From Nemertoderma westbladi (Eukaryota; Animalia; Xenacoelomorpha): a stretch of DNA of 64,000 bases. The notes under the pieces were generated by a model that was not told the origin of the DNA, searched no databases, and saw nothing but the letters and a program-made list of their open reading frames with translations. A program made the translations under genes and the position numbers. The stretch is from positions 1 through 64,000 of the forward strand of contig JAUCBJ010007116.1 of the NCBI GenBank assembly GCA_032718475.1, read 5' to 3'. Shown piece after piece: positions 35,601 through 50,600 of the stretch (positions are counted from its first letter, which is position 1; every line of letters starts with the position of its first letter).

Positions 35601-38600
35601 CTCGGGCGTTATTAAGAATGTATCGCCTCCTGTAACAATAATGATTGGCTCGGGCGTTATTAAGAATGTATCGCCTCCTGTAACAATAATGATTGGCTGG
35701 GCGTTATTAAGAATGTATCGCCTCCTGTAACAGTAATGATTGGCTCGGGCGTTATTAAGAATGTATCGCCTTCTGTAACAATAATGATTGGCTCGGGCGT
35801 TATTAAGAATGTATCGCCTCCTGTAACAGTAATGATTGGCTCGGGCGTTATTAAGAATGTAACGCCTCCTGTAACAATAATGATTGGCTCGGGCGTTATT
35901 AAGAATGTATCGCCTCCTGTAACAGTAATGATTGGCTCGGGCGTTATTAAGAATGTAACGCCTCCTGTAACAATAATGATTGGCTCGGGCGTTATTAAGA
36001 ATGTATCGCCTCCTGTAACAATAATGATTGGCTGGGCGTTATTAAGAATGTATCGCCTCCTGTAACAGTAATGATTGGCTCGGGCGTTATTAAGAATGTA
36101 TCGCCTCCTGTAACAATAATGATTGGCTGGGCGTTATTAAGAATGTATCGCCTCCTGTAACAGTAATGATTGGCTCGGGCGTTATTAAGAATGTATCGCC
36201 TTCTGTAACAATAATGATTGGCTCGGGCGTTATTAAGAATGTATCGCCTCCTGTAACAGTAATGATTGGCTCGGGCGTTATTAAGAATGTAACGCCTCCT
36301 GTAACAATAATGATTGGCTCGGGCGTTATTAAGAATGTATCGCCTCCTGTAACAGTAATGATTGGCTCGGGCGTTATTAAGAATGTAACGCCTCCTGTAA
36401 CAATAATGATTGGCTCGGGCGTTATTAAGAATGTATCGCCTCCTGTAACAATAATGATTGGCTGGGCGTTATTAAGAATGTATCGCCTCCTGTAACAGTA
36501 ATGATTGGCTCGGGCGTTATTAAGAATGTAACGCCTCCTGTAACAATAATGATTGGCTCGGGCGTTATTAAGAATGTATCGCCTCCTGTAACAATAATGA
36601 TTGGCTCGGGCGTTATTAAGAATGTATCGCCTCCTGTAACAATAATGATTGGCTCGGGCGTTATTAAGAATGTATCGCCTCCTGTAACAATAATGATTGG
36701 TTCGGGCGTTATTAAGAATGTAACGCCTCCTGTAACAGTAATGATTGGCTCGGGCGTTATTAAGAATGTATCGCCTCCTGTAACAATAATGATTGGCTCG
36801 GGCGTTATTAAGAATGTATCGCCTCCTGTAACAATAATGATTTTCTCGGGCGTTATTAAGAATGTATCGCCTCCTGTAACAATAATGATTGGCTCGGGCG
36901 TTATTAAGAATGTATCGCCTCCTGTAACAATAATGATTGGCTCGGGCGTTATTAAGAATGTAACGCCTCCTGTAACGATAATGATTGGCTCGGGCGTTAT
37001 TAAGAATGTATCGCCTCCTGTAACAGTAATGATTGGCTCGGGCGTTATTAAGAATGTATCGCCTCCTGTAACAATAATGATTGGCTCGGGCGTTATTAAG
37101 AATGTATCGCCTCCTGTAACAATAATGATTGGCTCGGGCGTTATTAAGAATGTATCGCCTCCTGTAACAATAATGGTTGGCTCGGGCGTTATTAAGAATG
37201 TATCGCCTCCTGTAACAATAATGATTGGCTCGGGCGTTATTAAGAATGTATCGCCTCCTGTAACAATAATGATTGGCTTGGGCGTTATTAAGAATGTATC
37301 GCCTCCTGTAACAATAATGGTTGGCTCGGGCGTTATTAAGAATGTATCGCCTCCTGTAACAATAATGATTGGCTTGGGCGTTATTAAGAATGTATCGCCT
37401 CCTGTAACAATAATGATTGGCTGGGCGTTATTAAGAATGTATCGCCTCCTGTAACAATAATGATTGGCTGGGCGTTATTAAGAATGTATCGCCTCCTGTA
37501 ACAATAATGATTGGCTGGGCGTTATTAAGAATGTATCGCCTCCTGTAACAATAATGATTGGCTTGGGCGTTATTAAGAATGTATCGCCTCCTGTAACAAT
37601 AATGATTGGCTCGGGCGTTATTAAGAATGTATCGCCTCCTGTAACAATAATGATTGGCTCGGCCGTTATTAAGAATGTATCGCCTCCTGTAACAGTAATG
37701 ATGGGCTCGGGCGTTATTAAGAATGTATCGCCTCCTGTAACAATAATGATTGGCTCGGGCGTTATTAAGAATGTATCGCCTCCTGTAACAATAATGATTG
37801 GCTCGGGCGTTATTAAGAATGTATCGCCTCCTGTAACAATAATGATTGGCTCGGGCGTTATTAAGAATGTATCGCCTCCTGTAACAATAATGATTGGCTC
37901 GGGCGTTATTAAGAATGTATCGCCTCCTGTAACAATAATGATTGGCTCGGGCGTTATTAAGAATGTATCGCCTCCTGTAACAATAATGATTGGCTCGGGC
38001 GTTATTAAGAATGTATCGCCTCCTGTAACAATAATGATTGGCTCGGGCGTTATTAAGAATGTATCGCCTCCTGTAACAATAATGATTGGCTCGGGCGTTA
38101 TTAAGAATGTATCGCCTCCTGTAACAATAATGATTGGCTCGGGCGTTATTAAGAATGTATCGCCTCCTGTAACAATAATGATTGGCTCGGGCGTTATTAA
38201 GAATGTATCGCCTCCTGTAACAATAATGATTGGCTCGGGCGTTATTAAGAATGTATCGCCTCCTGTAACAATAATGATTGGCTCGGGCGTTATTAAGAAT
38301 GTATCGCCTCCTGTAACAATAATGATTGGCTCGGGCGTTATTAAGAATGTATCGCCTCCTGTAACAATAATGATTGGCTCGGGCGTTATTAAGAATGTAT
38401 CGCCTCCTGTAACAATAATGATTGGCTCGGGCGTTATTAAGAATGTATCGCCTCCTGTAACAATAATGATTGGCTTGGGCGTTATTAAGAATGTATCGCC
38501 TCCTGTAACAATAATGGTTGGCTCGGGCGTTATTAAGAATGTATCGCCTCCTGTAACAATAATGATTGGCTTGGGCGTTATTAAGAATGTATCGCCTCCT

Positions 38601-41600
38601 GTAACAATAATGATTGGCTCGGGCGTTATTAAGAATGTATCGCCTCCTGTAACAATAATGATTGGCTCGGGCGTTATTAAGAATGTATCGCCTCCTGTAA
38701 CAATAATGATTGGCTTGGGCGTTATTAAGAATGTATCGCCTCCTGTAACAATAATGATTGGCTCGGGCGTTATTAAGAATGTATCGCCTCCTGTAACAAT
38801 AATGATTGGCTCGGGCGTTATTAAGAATGTATCGCCTCCTGTAACAATAATGATTGGCTGGGCGTTATTAAGAATGTATCGCCTCCTGTAACAATAATGA
38901 TTGGCTGGGCGTTATTAAGAATGTATCGCCTCCTGTAACAATAATGATTGGCTCGGGCGTTATTAAGAATGTATCGCCTCCTGTAACAATAATGATTGGC
39001 TCGGGCGTTATTAAGAATGTATCGCCTCCTGTAACGATAATGATTGGCTCGGGCGTTATTAAGAATGTATCGCCTCCTGTAACAATAATGATTGGCTCGG
39101 GCGTTATTAAGAATGTATCGCCTCCTGTAACAATAATGATTGGCTCGGGCGTTATTAAGAATGTATCGCCTCCTGTAACAATAATGATTGGCTCGGGCGT
39201 TATTAAGAATGTATCGCCTCCTGTAACAATAATGATTGGCTCGGGCGTTATTAAGAATGTATCGCCTCCTGTAACAATAATGATTGGCTCGGGCGTTATT
39301 AAGAATGTATCGCCTCCTGTAACAATAATGGTTGGCTCGGGCGTTATTAAGAATGTATCGCCTCCTGTAACGATAATGATTGGCTCGGGCGTTATTAAGA
39401 ATGTATCGCCTCCTGTAACAATAATGATTGGCTCGGGCGTTATTAAGAATGTATCGCCTCCTGTAACAATAATGATTGGCTCGGGCGTTATTAAGAATGT
39501 ATCGCCTCCTGTAACAGTAATGATTGGCTCGGGCGTTATTAAGAATGTAACGCCTCCTGTAACAATAATGATTGGCTCGGGCGTTATTAAGAATGTATCG
39601 CCTCCTGTAACAATAATGATTGGCTCGGGCGTTATTAAGAATGTATCGCCTCCTGTAACGATAATGATTGGCTCGGGCGTTATTAAGAATGTATCGCCTC
39701 CTGTAACAATAATGATTGGCTCGGGCGTTATTAAGAATGTATCGCCTCCTGTAACAATAATGATTGGCTCGGGCGTTATTAAGAATGTATCGCCTCCTGT
39801 AACAATAATGATTGGCTCGGCCGTTATTAAGAATGTATCGCCTCCTGTAACAGTAATGAAGGGCTCGGGCGTTATTAAGAATGTATCGCCTCCTGTAACA
39901 ATAATGATTGGCTCGGGCGTTATTAAGAATGTATCGCCTCCTGTAACAATAATGATTGGCTCGGGCGTTATTAAGAATGTATCGCCTCCTGTAACAATAA
40001 TGATTGGCTCGGGCGTTATTAAGAATGTATCGCCTCCTGTAACAATAATGATTGGCTCGGGCGTTATTAAGAATGTATCGCCTCCTGTAACAATAATGAT
40101 TGGCTCGGGCGTTATTAAGAATGTATCGCCTCCTGTAACAATAATGATTGGCTCGGGCGTTATTAAGAATGTATCGCCTCCTGTAACAATAATGATTGGC
40201 TCGGGCGTTATTAAGAATGTATCGCCTCCTGTAACAATAATGATTGGCTCGGGCGTTATTAAGAATGTATCGCCTCCTGTAACAATAATGATTGGCTCGG
40301 CCGTTATTAAGAATGTATCGCCTCCTGTAACAGTAATGAAGGGCTCGGGCGTTATTAAGAATGTATCGCCTCCTGTAACAATAATGATTGGCTCGGGCGT
40401 TATTAAGAATGTATCGCCTCCTGTAACAATAATGATTGGCTCGGGCGTTATTAAGAATGTATCGCCTCCTGTAACAATAATGATTGGCTCGGGCGTTATT
40501 AAGAATGTATCGCCTCCTGTAACAATAATGATTGGCTCGGGCGTTATTAAGAATGTAACGCCTCCTGTAACAATAATGATTGGCTCGGGCGTTATTAAGA
40601 ATGTATCGCCTCCTGTAACAATAATGATTGGCTCGGGCGTTATTAAGAATGTATCGCCTCCTGTAACAATAATGATTGGCTCGGGCGTTATTAAGAATGT
40701 ATCGCCTCCTGTAACAATAATGATTGGCTCGGGCGTTATTAAGAATGTATCGCCTCCTGTAACAATAATGATTGGCTCGGGCGTTATTAAGAATGTATCG
40801 CCTCCTGTAACAATAATGATTGGCTCGGGCGTTATTAAGAATGTATCGCCTCCTGTAACAATAATGATTGGCTCGGGCGTTATTAAGAATGTATCGCCTC
40901 CTGTAACAATAATGATTGGCTGGGCGTTATTAAGAATGTATCGCCTCCTGTAACAATAATGATTGGCTGGGCGTTATTAAGAATGTATCGCCTCCTGTAA
41001 CAATAATGATTGGCTGGGCGTTATTAAGAATGTATCGCCTCCTGTAACAATAATGATTGGCTCGGGCGTTATTAAGAATGTATCGCCTCCTGTAACAATA
41101 ATGATTGGCTTGGGCGTTATTAAGAATGTATCGCCTCCTGTAACAATAATGATTGGCTCGGGCGTTATTAAGAATGTATCGCCTCCTGTAACAATAATGA
41201 TTGGCTCGGGCGTTATTAAGAATGTATCGCCTCCTGTAACAATAATGATTGGCTGGGCGTTATTAAGAATGTATCGCCTCCTGTAACAATAATGATTGGC
41301 TCGGGCGTTATTAAGAATGTATCGCCTCCTGTAACAATAATGATTGGCTGGGCGTTATTAAGAATGTATCGCCTCCTGTAACAATAATGATTGGCTCGGG
41401 CGTTATTAAGAATGTATCGCCTCCTGTAACAATAATGATTGGCTTGGGCGTTATTAAGAATGTATCGCCTCCTGTAACAATAATGATTGGCTGGGCGTTA
41501 TTAAGAATGTATCGCCTCCTGTAACAATAATGATTGGCTCGGGCGTTATTAAGAATGTATCGCCTCCTGTAACAATAATGATTGGCTTGGGCGTTATTAA

Positions 41601-44600
41601 GAATGTATCGCCTCCTGTAACAATAATGATTGGCTCGGGCGTTATTAAGAATGTATCGCCTCCTGTAACGATAATGATTGGCTCGGGCGTTATTAAGAAT
41701 GTATCGCCTCCTGTAACAATAATGATTGGCTGGGCGTTATTAAGAATGTATCGCCTCCTGTAACAATAATGATTGGCTCGGGCGTTATTAAGAATGTATC
41801 GCCTCCTGTAACGATAATGATTGGCTCGGGCGTTATTAAGAATGTATCGCCTCCTGTAACGATAATGATTGGCTCGGGCGTTATTAAGAATGTATCGCCT
41901 CCTGTAACAATAATGATTGGCTTGGGCGTTATTAAGAATGTATCGCCTCCTGTAACAATAATGATTGGCTCGGGCGTTATTAAGAATGTATCGCCTCCTG
42001 TAACAATAATGGTTGGCTCGGGCGTTATTAAGAATGTATCGCCTCCTGTAACAATAATGATTGGCTCGGGCGTTATTAAGAATGTATCGCCTCCTGTAAC
42101 AATAATGGTTGGCTCGGGCGTTATTAAGAATGTATCGCCTCCTGTAACGATAATGATTGGCTCGGGCGTTATTAAGAATGTATCGCCTCCTGTAACAATA
42201 ATGATTGGCTGGGCGTTATTAAGAATGTATCGCCTCCTGTAACAATAATGATTGGCTCGGGCGTTATTAAGAATGTATCGCCTCCTGTAACAATAATGAT
42301 TGGCTCGGGCGTTATTAAGAATGTATCGCCTCCTGTAACGATAATGATTGGCTCGGGCGTTATTAAGAATGTATCGCCTCCTGTAACAATAATGATTGGC
42401 TCGGGCGTTATTAAGAATGTATCGCCTCCTGTAACAATAATGATTGGCTCGGGCGTTATTAAGAATGTATCGCCTCCTGTAACGATAATGATTGGCTCGG
42501 GCGTTATTAAGAATGTATCGCCTCCTGTAACGATAATGATTGGCTCGGGCGTTATTAAGAATGTATCGCCTCCTGTAACGATAATGATTGGCTCGGGCGT
42601 TATTAAGAATGTATCGCCTCTTGTAACGATAATGATTGGCTCGGGCGTATTAAGAATGTATCGCCTCCTGTAACAATAATGATTGGCTGGGCGTTATTAA
42701 GAATGTATCGCCTCCTGTAACAATAATGATTGGCTCGGGCGTTATTAAGAATGTATCGCCTCCTGTAACAATAATGATTGGTTCGGGCGTTATTAAGAAT
42801 GTATCGCCTCCTGTAACAATAATGATTGGCTGGGCGTTATTAAGAATGTATCGCCTCCTGTAACAATAATGATTGGCTCGGCCGTTATTAAGAATGTATC
42901 GCCTCCTGTAACAATAATGAAGGGCTCGGGCGTTATTAAGAATGTATCTCCTCCTGTAACAATAATGATTGGCTCGGGCGTTATTAAGAATGTATCGCCT
43001 CCTGTAACAATAATGATTGGCTCGGCCGTTATTAAGAATGTATCGCCTCCTGTAACAATAATGATTTTCTCGGGCGTTATTAAGAATGTAACGCCTCCTG
43101 TAACAATAATGAAGGGCTCGGGCGTTATTAAGAATGTAACGCCTCCTGTAACGATAATGATTGGCTCGGGCGTTATTAAGAATGTATCGCCTCCTGTAAC
43201 AATAATGATTTTCTCGGGCGTTATTAAGAATGTATCGCCTCCTGAAACAATAATGATTGGCTCGGGCGTTATTAAGAATGTATCGCCTCCTGTAACGATA
43301 ATGATTGGCTCGGGCGTTATTAAGAATGTAACGCCTCCTGTAACGATAATGATTGGCTCGGGCGTTATTAAGAATGTATCGCCTCCTGTAACAATAATGA
43401 TTGGCTCGGGCGTTATTAAGAATGTATCGCCTCCTGTAACAATAATGATTGGCTCGGGCGTTATTAAGAATGTATCGCCTCCTGTAACGATAATGATTGG
43501 CTCGGGCGTTATTAAGAATGTAACGCCTCCTGTAACGATAATGATTGGCTCGGGCGTTATTAAGAATGTATCGCCTCCTGTAACAATAATGATTGGCTCG
43601 GGGGTTATTAAGAATGTATCGCCTCCTGTAACAATAATGATTGGCTCGGGCGTTATTAAGAATGTATCGCCTCCTGTAACGATAATGATTGGCTCGGGCG
43701 TTATTAAGAATGTAACGCCTCCTGTAACGATAATGATTGGCTCGGGCGTTATTAAGAATGTATCGCCTCCTGTAACAATAATGATTGGCTCGGGCGTTAT
43801 TAAGAATGTATCGCCTCCTGTAACAATAATGATTGGCTCGGGCGTTATTAAGAATGTAACGCCTCCTGTAACAATAATGGTTGGCTCGGGCGTTATTAAG
43901 AATGTATCGCCTCCTGTAACGATAATGATTGGCTCGGGCGTTATTAAGAATGTATCGCCTCCTGTAACAATAATGATTGGCTCGGGCGTTAGGCCTATTA
44001 AGAATGTAACGCCTCCTGTAACAATAATGAAGGGCTCGGGCGTTATTAAGAATGTATCGCCTCCTGTAACGATAATGATTGGCTCGGGCGTTATTAAGAA
44101 TGTAACGCCTCCTGTAACAATAATGAAGGGCTCGGGCGTTATTAAGAATGTATCGCCTCCTGTAACGATAATGATTGGCTCGGGCGTTATTAAGAATGTA
44201 TCGCCTCCTGTAACAATAATGATTTTCTCGGGCGTTATTAAGAATGTATCGCCTCCTGTAACGATAATGATTGGCTCGGGCGTTATTAAGAATGTATCGC
44301 CTCCTGTAACAATAATGATTGGCTCGGGCGTTATTAAGAATGTAACGCCTCCTGTAACAATAATGAAGGGCTCGGGCGTTATTAAGAATGTATCGCCTCC
44401 TGTAACGATAATGATTGGCTCGGGCGTTATTAAGAATGTATCGCCTCCTGTAACAATAATGATTTTCTCGTGCGTTATTAAGAATGTATCGCCTCCTGTA
44501 ACAATAATGATTGGCTCGGGCGTTATTAAGAATGTAACGCCTCCTGTAACAATAATGAAGGGCTCGGGCGTTATTAAGAATGTATCGCCTCCTGTAACAA

Positions 44601-47600
44601 TAATGATTGGCTCGGGCGTTATTAAGAATGTATCGCCTCCTGTAACAATAATGATTGGCTCGGGCGTTATTAAGAATGTATCGCCTCCTGTAACGATAAT
44701 GATTGGCTCGGGCGTTATTAAGAATGTATCGCCTCCTGTAACGATAATGATTGGCTCGGGCGTTATTAAGAATGTATCGCCTCCTGTAACAATAATGATT
44801 TTCTCGGGCGTTATTAAGAATGTAACGCCTCCTGTAACAATAATGAAGGGCTCGGGCGTTATTAAGAATGTATCGCCTCCTGTAACGATAATGATTGGCT
44901 CGGGCGTTATTAAGAATGTATCGCCTCCTGTAACAATAATGATTGGCTCGGGCGTTATTAAGAATGTATCGCCTCCTGTAACAATAATGATTTTCTCGGG
45001 CGTTATTAAGAATGTAACGCCTCCTGTAACAATAATGAAGGGCTCGGGCGTTATTAAGAATGTATCGCCTCCTGTAACAATAATGATTGGTTCGGGCGTT
45101 ATTAAGAATGTATCGCCTCCTGTAACAATAATGATTGGCTCGGGCGTTATTAAGAATGTATCGCCTCCTGTAACAATAATGATTGGCTCGGGCGTTATTA
45201 AGAATGTATCGCCTCCTTTAACGATAATGATTGGCTCGGGCGTTATTAAGAATATATCGCCTCCTGTAACGATAATGATTGGCTCGGGCGTTATTAAGAA
45301 TGTATCGCCTCCTGTAACGATAATGATTTTCTCGGGCGTTATTAAGAATGTAACGCCTCCTGTAACAGTAATGATTGGCTCGGGCGTTATTACTAGTACT
45401 AGGATCGGCATGCTGCATTGCAGCTGCATTTTTAAGAATGCTGTGCCGGCTTGTCAACAAAATTGCACCGCCACAACTCCCTATCACCCATGACATTTGC
45501 TAGATCATCCGCATCTTTAAGGCCAGTGTCCTTCAAGATGCGTCTCAAGAAAGTCATGGGCTGTCCACCATGCTTATTCACTCCATGAGGCTGCCAAAGT
45601 ACAAGATTATGCACTGGCTGGTCCTCACGGCGAAAGCAATGTCCTGCAAAGCGGAGGCGATTTTGTTCTAGTGTCAAGCTTGGGGGAACCAATGAGACAC
45701 CTCCAATGTTATATAGTGTCTGGTTGGAGATGTGTGCATTGTACTTGACACAATGTACCCGGCGTAGCATTCTTGTGAATGTGCCATCCAGAGATTTGGT
45801 GTCCTCAGCAGTTAGAGCCCAGCATGGACTCCCGTAGAGGAGTACTGGAACTACTGCTGCTCTAAATAATCGGACCTTAAGTTTCCGATTAATTCTAGGT
45901 GACTTCCAAATCCTGGAAAGCCTATTCAAGGCTGCCCATGCCTTTCCCTTACGTATTCGAAGGTCCTCACCTGACTTCCGGATCCATGATCCCAGGTAAC
46001 AGAAGTCGTCCACATGCTCAAGCATACCATCCTTTGAGCTTATGCTCATCCGATCAGAGACTTGCTGAGGACTTTCAAAGTTAACTGTCAGAATTTTGGT
46101 CTTTCTGGAGTTAATAAAAAGACCAACACTAGAAGCAGCATGTTCTAATGAGCTGAGGAGCCGCTGGGCTCCCTCTAATGATTCTGAGAGTACTCCTAAG
46201 TCATCAGCAAAGTCTAGATCAGTTAGGTACTTGGCAGGATTTCCTCGACTTCTGGAGCCAGTAGGTGGAGTTATCATCACCCCATCATCATTATGATGAT
46301 CTAAGGACATGCGTAGAACATAGTCAACCACAATAATGAACAAGAATGGTGCAAGTGTGTCTCCTTGGAGGACGCCCCATAACACTTCAAATGGTTCTGT
46401 GTCACCGTCAACAGTAGACACAAATGTTGTCGAACCATCGTATACTGATCTGATTGCTGCAATAATTTCATCAGGAATCCCATATAATGAAAGTATGCTG
46501 AACATACGTGAGCGAGAGACTGAATCAAAGGCCTTGAAGAAGTCAACAAAGATAACAGCCAGATGCCTGTCTTTCTTTTTTGATAACTCTTCAATTATCC
46601 TTCTAAGTGCCAAAATGGGCTCCATGGTCCCACGACCTTTACGGAACCCATTCTGATTTCCACGTAGCAGTCTCTCAATGGGATCCCTGATGCGATTTAA
46701 TAGAATTCTATTGTATAGTTTTGCAGCAATCGAGATCAATGAGATTCCCCGAAAAGAACCACAGAGTGTTAGGTTGCCCTTCTTGGGAACTGGCACCAAC
46801 TTATTTGTTTTCATTTCTTGTGGGACTCTTGTTGTACGGTACATGTCTACTATGATGGGATAGATGAGCTTTAAACACTCAGGTATTTTAAAGACCTCAG
46901 GGGGAACACCATCTACTCCACTGGCACGATTGGTCTTAATGCTCTTTGCAGCAGCCTTCACTTCTGCAAAGGAGATATCGCCAATGGGAATATCTGGGAG
47001 TACAGACTCAGACACTTTTAATTCTATAAAGTTATCAGGCAATACCCTGTCATTATTGAGGAGCTTTTCAAAGTGGGCTTTCCAACCATTGAGGCGATCG
47101 GCTGGTGATTCAGCCTTAACCTTGGTGGTTGGTTGGCTTTTCCGCCCAGTAAGGGCGTTATTAAGAATGTATCGCCTCCTGTAACAATAATGATTGGCTC
47201 GGGCGTTATTAAGAATGTATCGCCTCCTGTAACAATAATGGTTGGCTCGGGCGTTATTAAGAATGTATCGCCTCCTGTAACAATAATGATTGGCTCGGGC
47301 GTTATTAAGAATGTATCGCCTCCTGTAACAGTAATGATTGGCTCGGACGTTATTAAGAATGTATCGCCTCCTGTAACAATAATGATTGGCTCGGGCGTTA
47401 TTAAGAATGTATCGCCTCCTGTAACAATAATGATTTTCTCGGGCGTTATTAAGAATGTATCGCCTCCTGTAACAGTAATGATTGGCTCGGACGTTATTAA
47501 AAATGTATCGCCTCCTGTAACGATAATGATTGGCTCGGGCGTTATTAAGAATGTATCGCCTCCTGTAACAATAATGATTTTCTCGGGCGTTATTAAGAAT

Positions 47601-50600
47601 GTAACGCCTCCTGTAACGATAATGATTGGCTCGGGCGTTATTAAGAATGTATCGCCTCCTGTAACAATAATGATTTTCTCGGGCGTTATTAAGAATGTAT
47701 CGCCTCCTGTAACAATAATGATTGGCTCGGGCGTTATTAAGAATGTATCGCCTCCTGTAACAGTAATGATTGGCTCGGGCGTTATTAAGAATGTATCGCC
47801 TCCTGTAACAGTAATGATTGGTTCGGGCGTTATTAAGAATGTAACGCCTCCTGTAACAATAATGATTGGCTCGGGCGTTATTAAGAATGTATCGCCTCCT
47901 GTAACAATAATGATTGGCTCGGGCGTTATTAAGAATGTATCGCCTCCTGTAACAGTAATGATTGGTTCGGGCGTTATTAAGAATGTAACGCCTCCTGTAA
48001 CAATAATGATTGGCTCGGGCGTTATTAAGAATGTATCGCCTCCTGTAACAATAATGATTGGCTCGGGCGTTATTAAGAATGTATCGCCTCCTGTAACAAT
48101 AATGATTGGCTCGGGCGTTATTAAGAATGTATCGCCTCCTGTAACGATAATGATTGGCTCGGGCGTTATTAAGAATGTATCGCCTCCTGTAACAGTAATG
48201 ATTGGCTCGGACGTTATTAAGAATGTATCGCCTCCTGTAACGATAATGATTGGCTAGGGCGTTATTAAGAATGTATCGCCTCCTGTAACAATAATGATTG
48301 GCTTGGGCGTTATAAAGAATGTATCGCCTCCTGTAACAATAATGATTGGCTCGGGCGTTATTAAGAATGTATCGCCTCCTGTAACAATAATGATTGGCTC
48401 GGGCGTTATTAAGAATGTATCGCCTCCTGTAACAATAATGATTTTCTCGGGCGTTATTAAGAATGTATCGCCTCCTGTAACAGTAATGATTGGCTCGGAC
48501 GTTATTAAGAATGTATCGCCTCCTGTAACGATAATGATTGGCTCGGGCGTTATTAAGAATGTATCGCCTCCTGTAACAATAATGATTTTCTCGGGCGTTA
48601 TTAAGAATGTAACGCCTCCTGTAACGATAATGATTGGCTCGGGCGTTATTAAGAATGTATCGCCTCCTGTAACAATAATGATTTTCTCGGGCGTTATTAA
48701 GAATGTATCGCCTCCTGTAACAATAATGATTGGCTCGGGCGTTATTAAGAATGTATCGCCTCCTGTAACGATAATGATTGGCTCGGGCGTTATTAAGAAT
48801 GTATCGCCTCTTGTAACGATAATGATTGGCTCGGGCGTTATTAAGAATGAATCGCCTCCTGTAACAATAATGATTGGCTCGGGCGTTATTAAGAATGTAT
48901 CGCCTCCTGTAACGATAATGATTGGCTCGGGCGTTATTAAGAATGTATCGCCTCCTGTAACAATAATGATTGGCTCGGGCGTTATTAAGAATGTATCGCC
49001 TCCTGTAACAGTAATGATTGGCTCGGGCGTTATTAAGAATGTAACGCCTCCTGTAACAATAATGATTGGCTCGGGCGTTATTAAGAATGTATCGCCTCCT
49101 GTAACGATAATGATTGGCTCGGGCGTTATTAAGAATGTATCGCCTCCTGTAACGATAATGATTGGCTCGGGCGTTATTAAGAATGTATCTCCTCCTGTAA
49201 CAATAATGATTGGCTCGGGCGTTATTAAGAATGTAACGCCTCCTGTAACAATAATGATTGGCTCGGGCGTTATTAAGAATGTATCGCCTCCTGTAACGAT
49301 AATGATTGGCTCGGGCGTTATTAAGAATGTATCGCCTCCTGTAACAATAATGATTGGCTCGGGCGTTATTAAGAATGTAACGCCTCCTGTAACGATAATG
49401 ATTGGCTCGGGCGTTATTAAGAATGTATCGCCTCCTGTAACAATAATGATTGGCTCGGGCGTTATTAAGAATGTATCGCCTCCTGTAACGATAATGATTG
49501 GCTCGGGTGTTATTAAGAATGTATCGCCTCCTGTAACAATAATGATTGGTTCGGGCGTTATTAAGAATGTAACGCCTCCTGTAACGATAATGATTGGCTC
49601 GGGCGTTATTAAGAATGTAACGCCTCCTGTAACAATAATGATTGGCTCGGGCGTTATTAAGAATGTATCGCCTCCTGTAACAATAATGATTGGCTCGGGC
49701 GTTATTAAGAATGTATCGCCTCCTGTAACAATAATGATTGGCTCGGGCGTTATTAAGAATGTATCGCCTCCTGTAACGATAATGATTGGCTCGGGCGTTA
49801 TTAAGAATGTATCGCCTCCTGTAACAGTAATGATTGGCTCGGACGTTATTAAGAATGTATCGCCTCCTGTAACGATAATGATTGGCTAGGGCGTTATTAA
49901 GAATGTATCGCCTCCTGTAACAATAATGATTGGCTTGGGCGTTATAAAGAATGTATCGCCTCCTGTAACAATAATGATTGGCTCGGGCGTTATTAAGAAT
50001 GTATCGCCTCCTGTAACAATAATGATTGGCTCGGGCGTTATTAAGAATGTATCGCCTCCTGTAACAATAATGATTTTCTCGGGCGTTATTAAGAATGTAT
50101 CGCCTCCTGTAACAGTAATGATTGGCTCGGACGTTATTAAGAATGTATCGCCTCCTGTAACGATAATGATTGGCTCGGGCGTTATTAAGAATGTATCGCC
50201 TCCTGTAACAATAATGATTTTCTCGGGCGTTATTAAGAATGTAACGCCTCCTGTAACGATAATGATTGGCTCGGGCGTTATTAAGAATGTATCGCCTCCT
50301 GTAACAATAATGATTTTCTCGGGCGTTATTAAGAATGTATCGCCTCCTGTAACAATAATGATTGGCTCGGGCGTTATTAAGAATGTATCGCCTCCTGTAA
50401 CGATAATGATTGGCTCGGGCGTTATTAAGAATGTATCGCCTCTTGTAACGATAATGATTGGCTCGGGCGTTATTAAGAATGTATCGCCTCCTGTAACAAT
50501 AATGATTGGCTCGGGCGTTATTAAGAATGTATCGCCTCCTGTAACGATAATGATTGGCTCGGGCGTTATTAAGAATGTATCGCCTCCTGTAACAATAATG

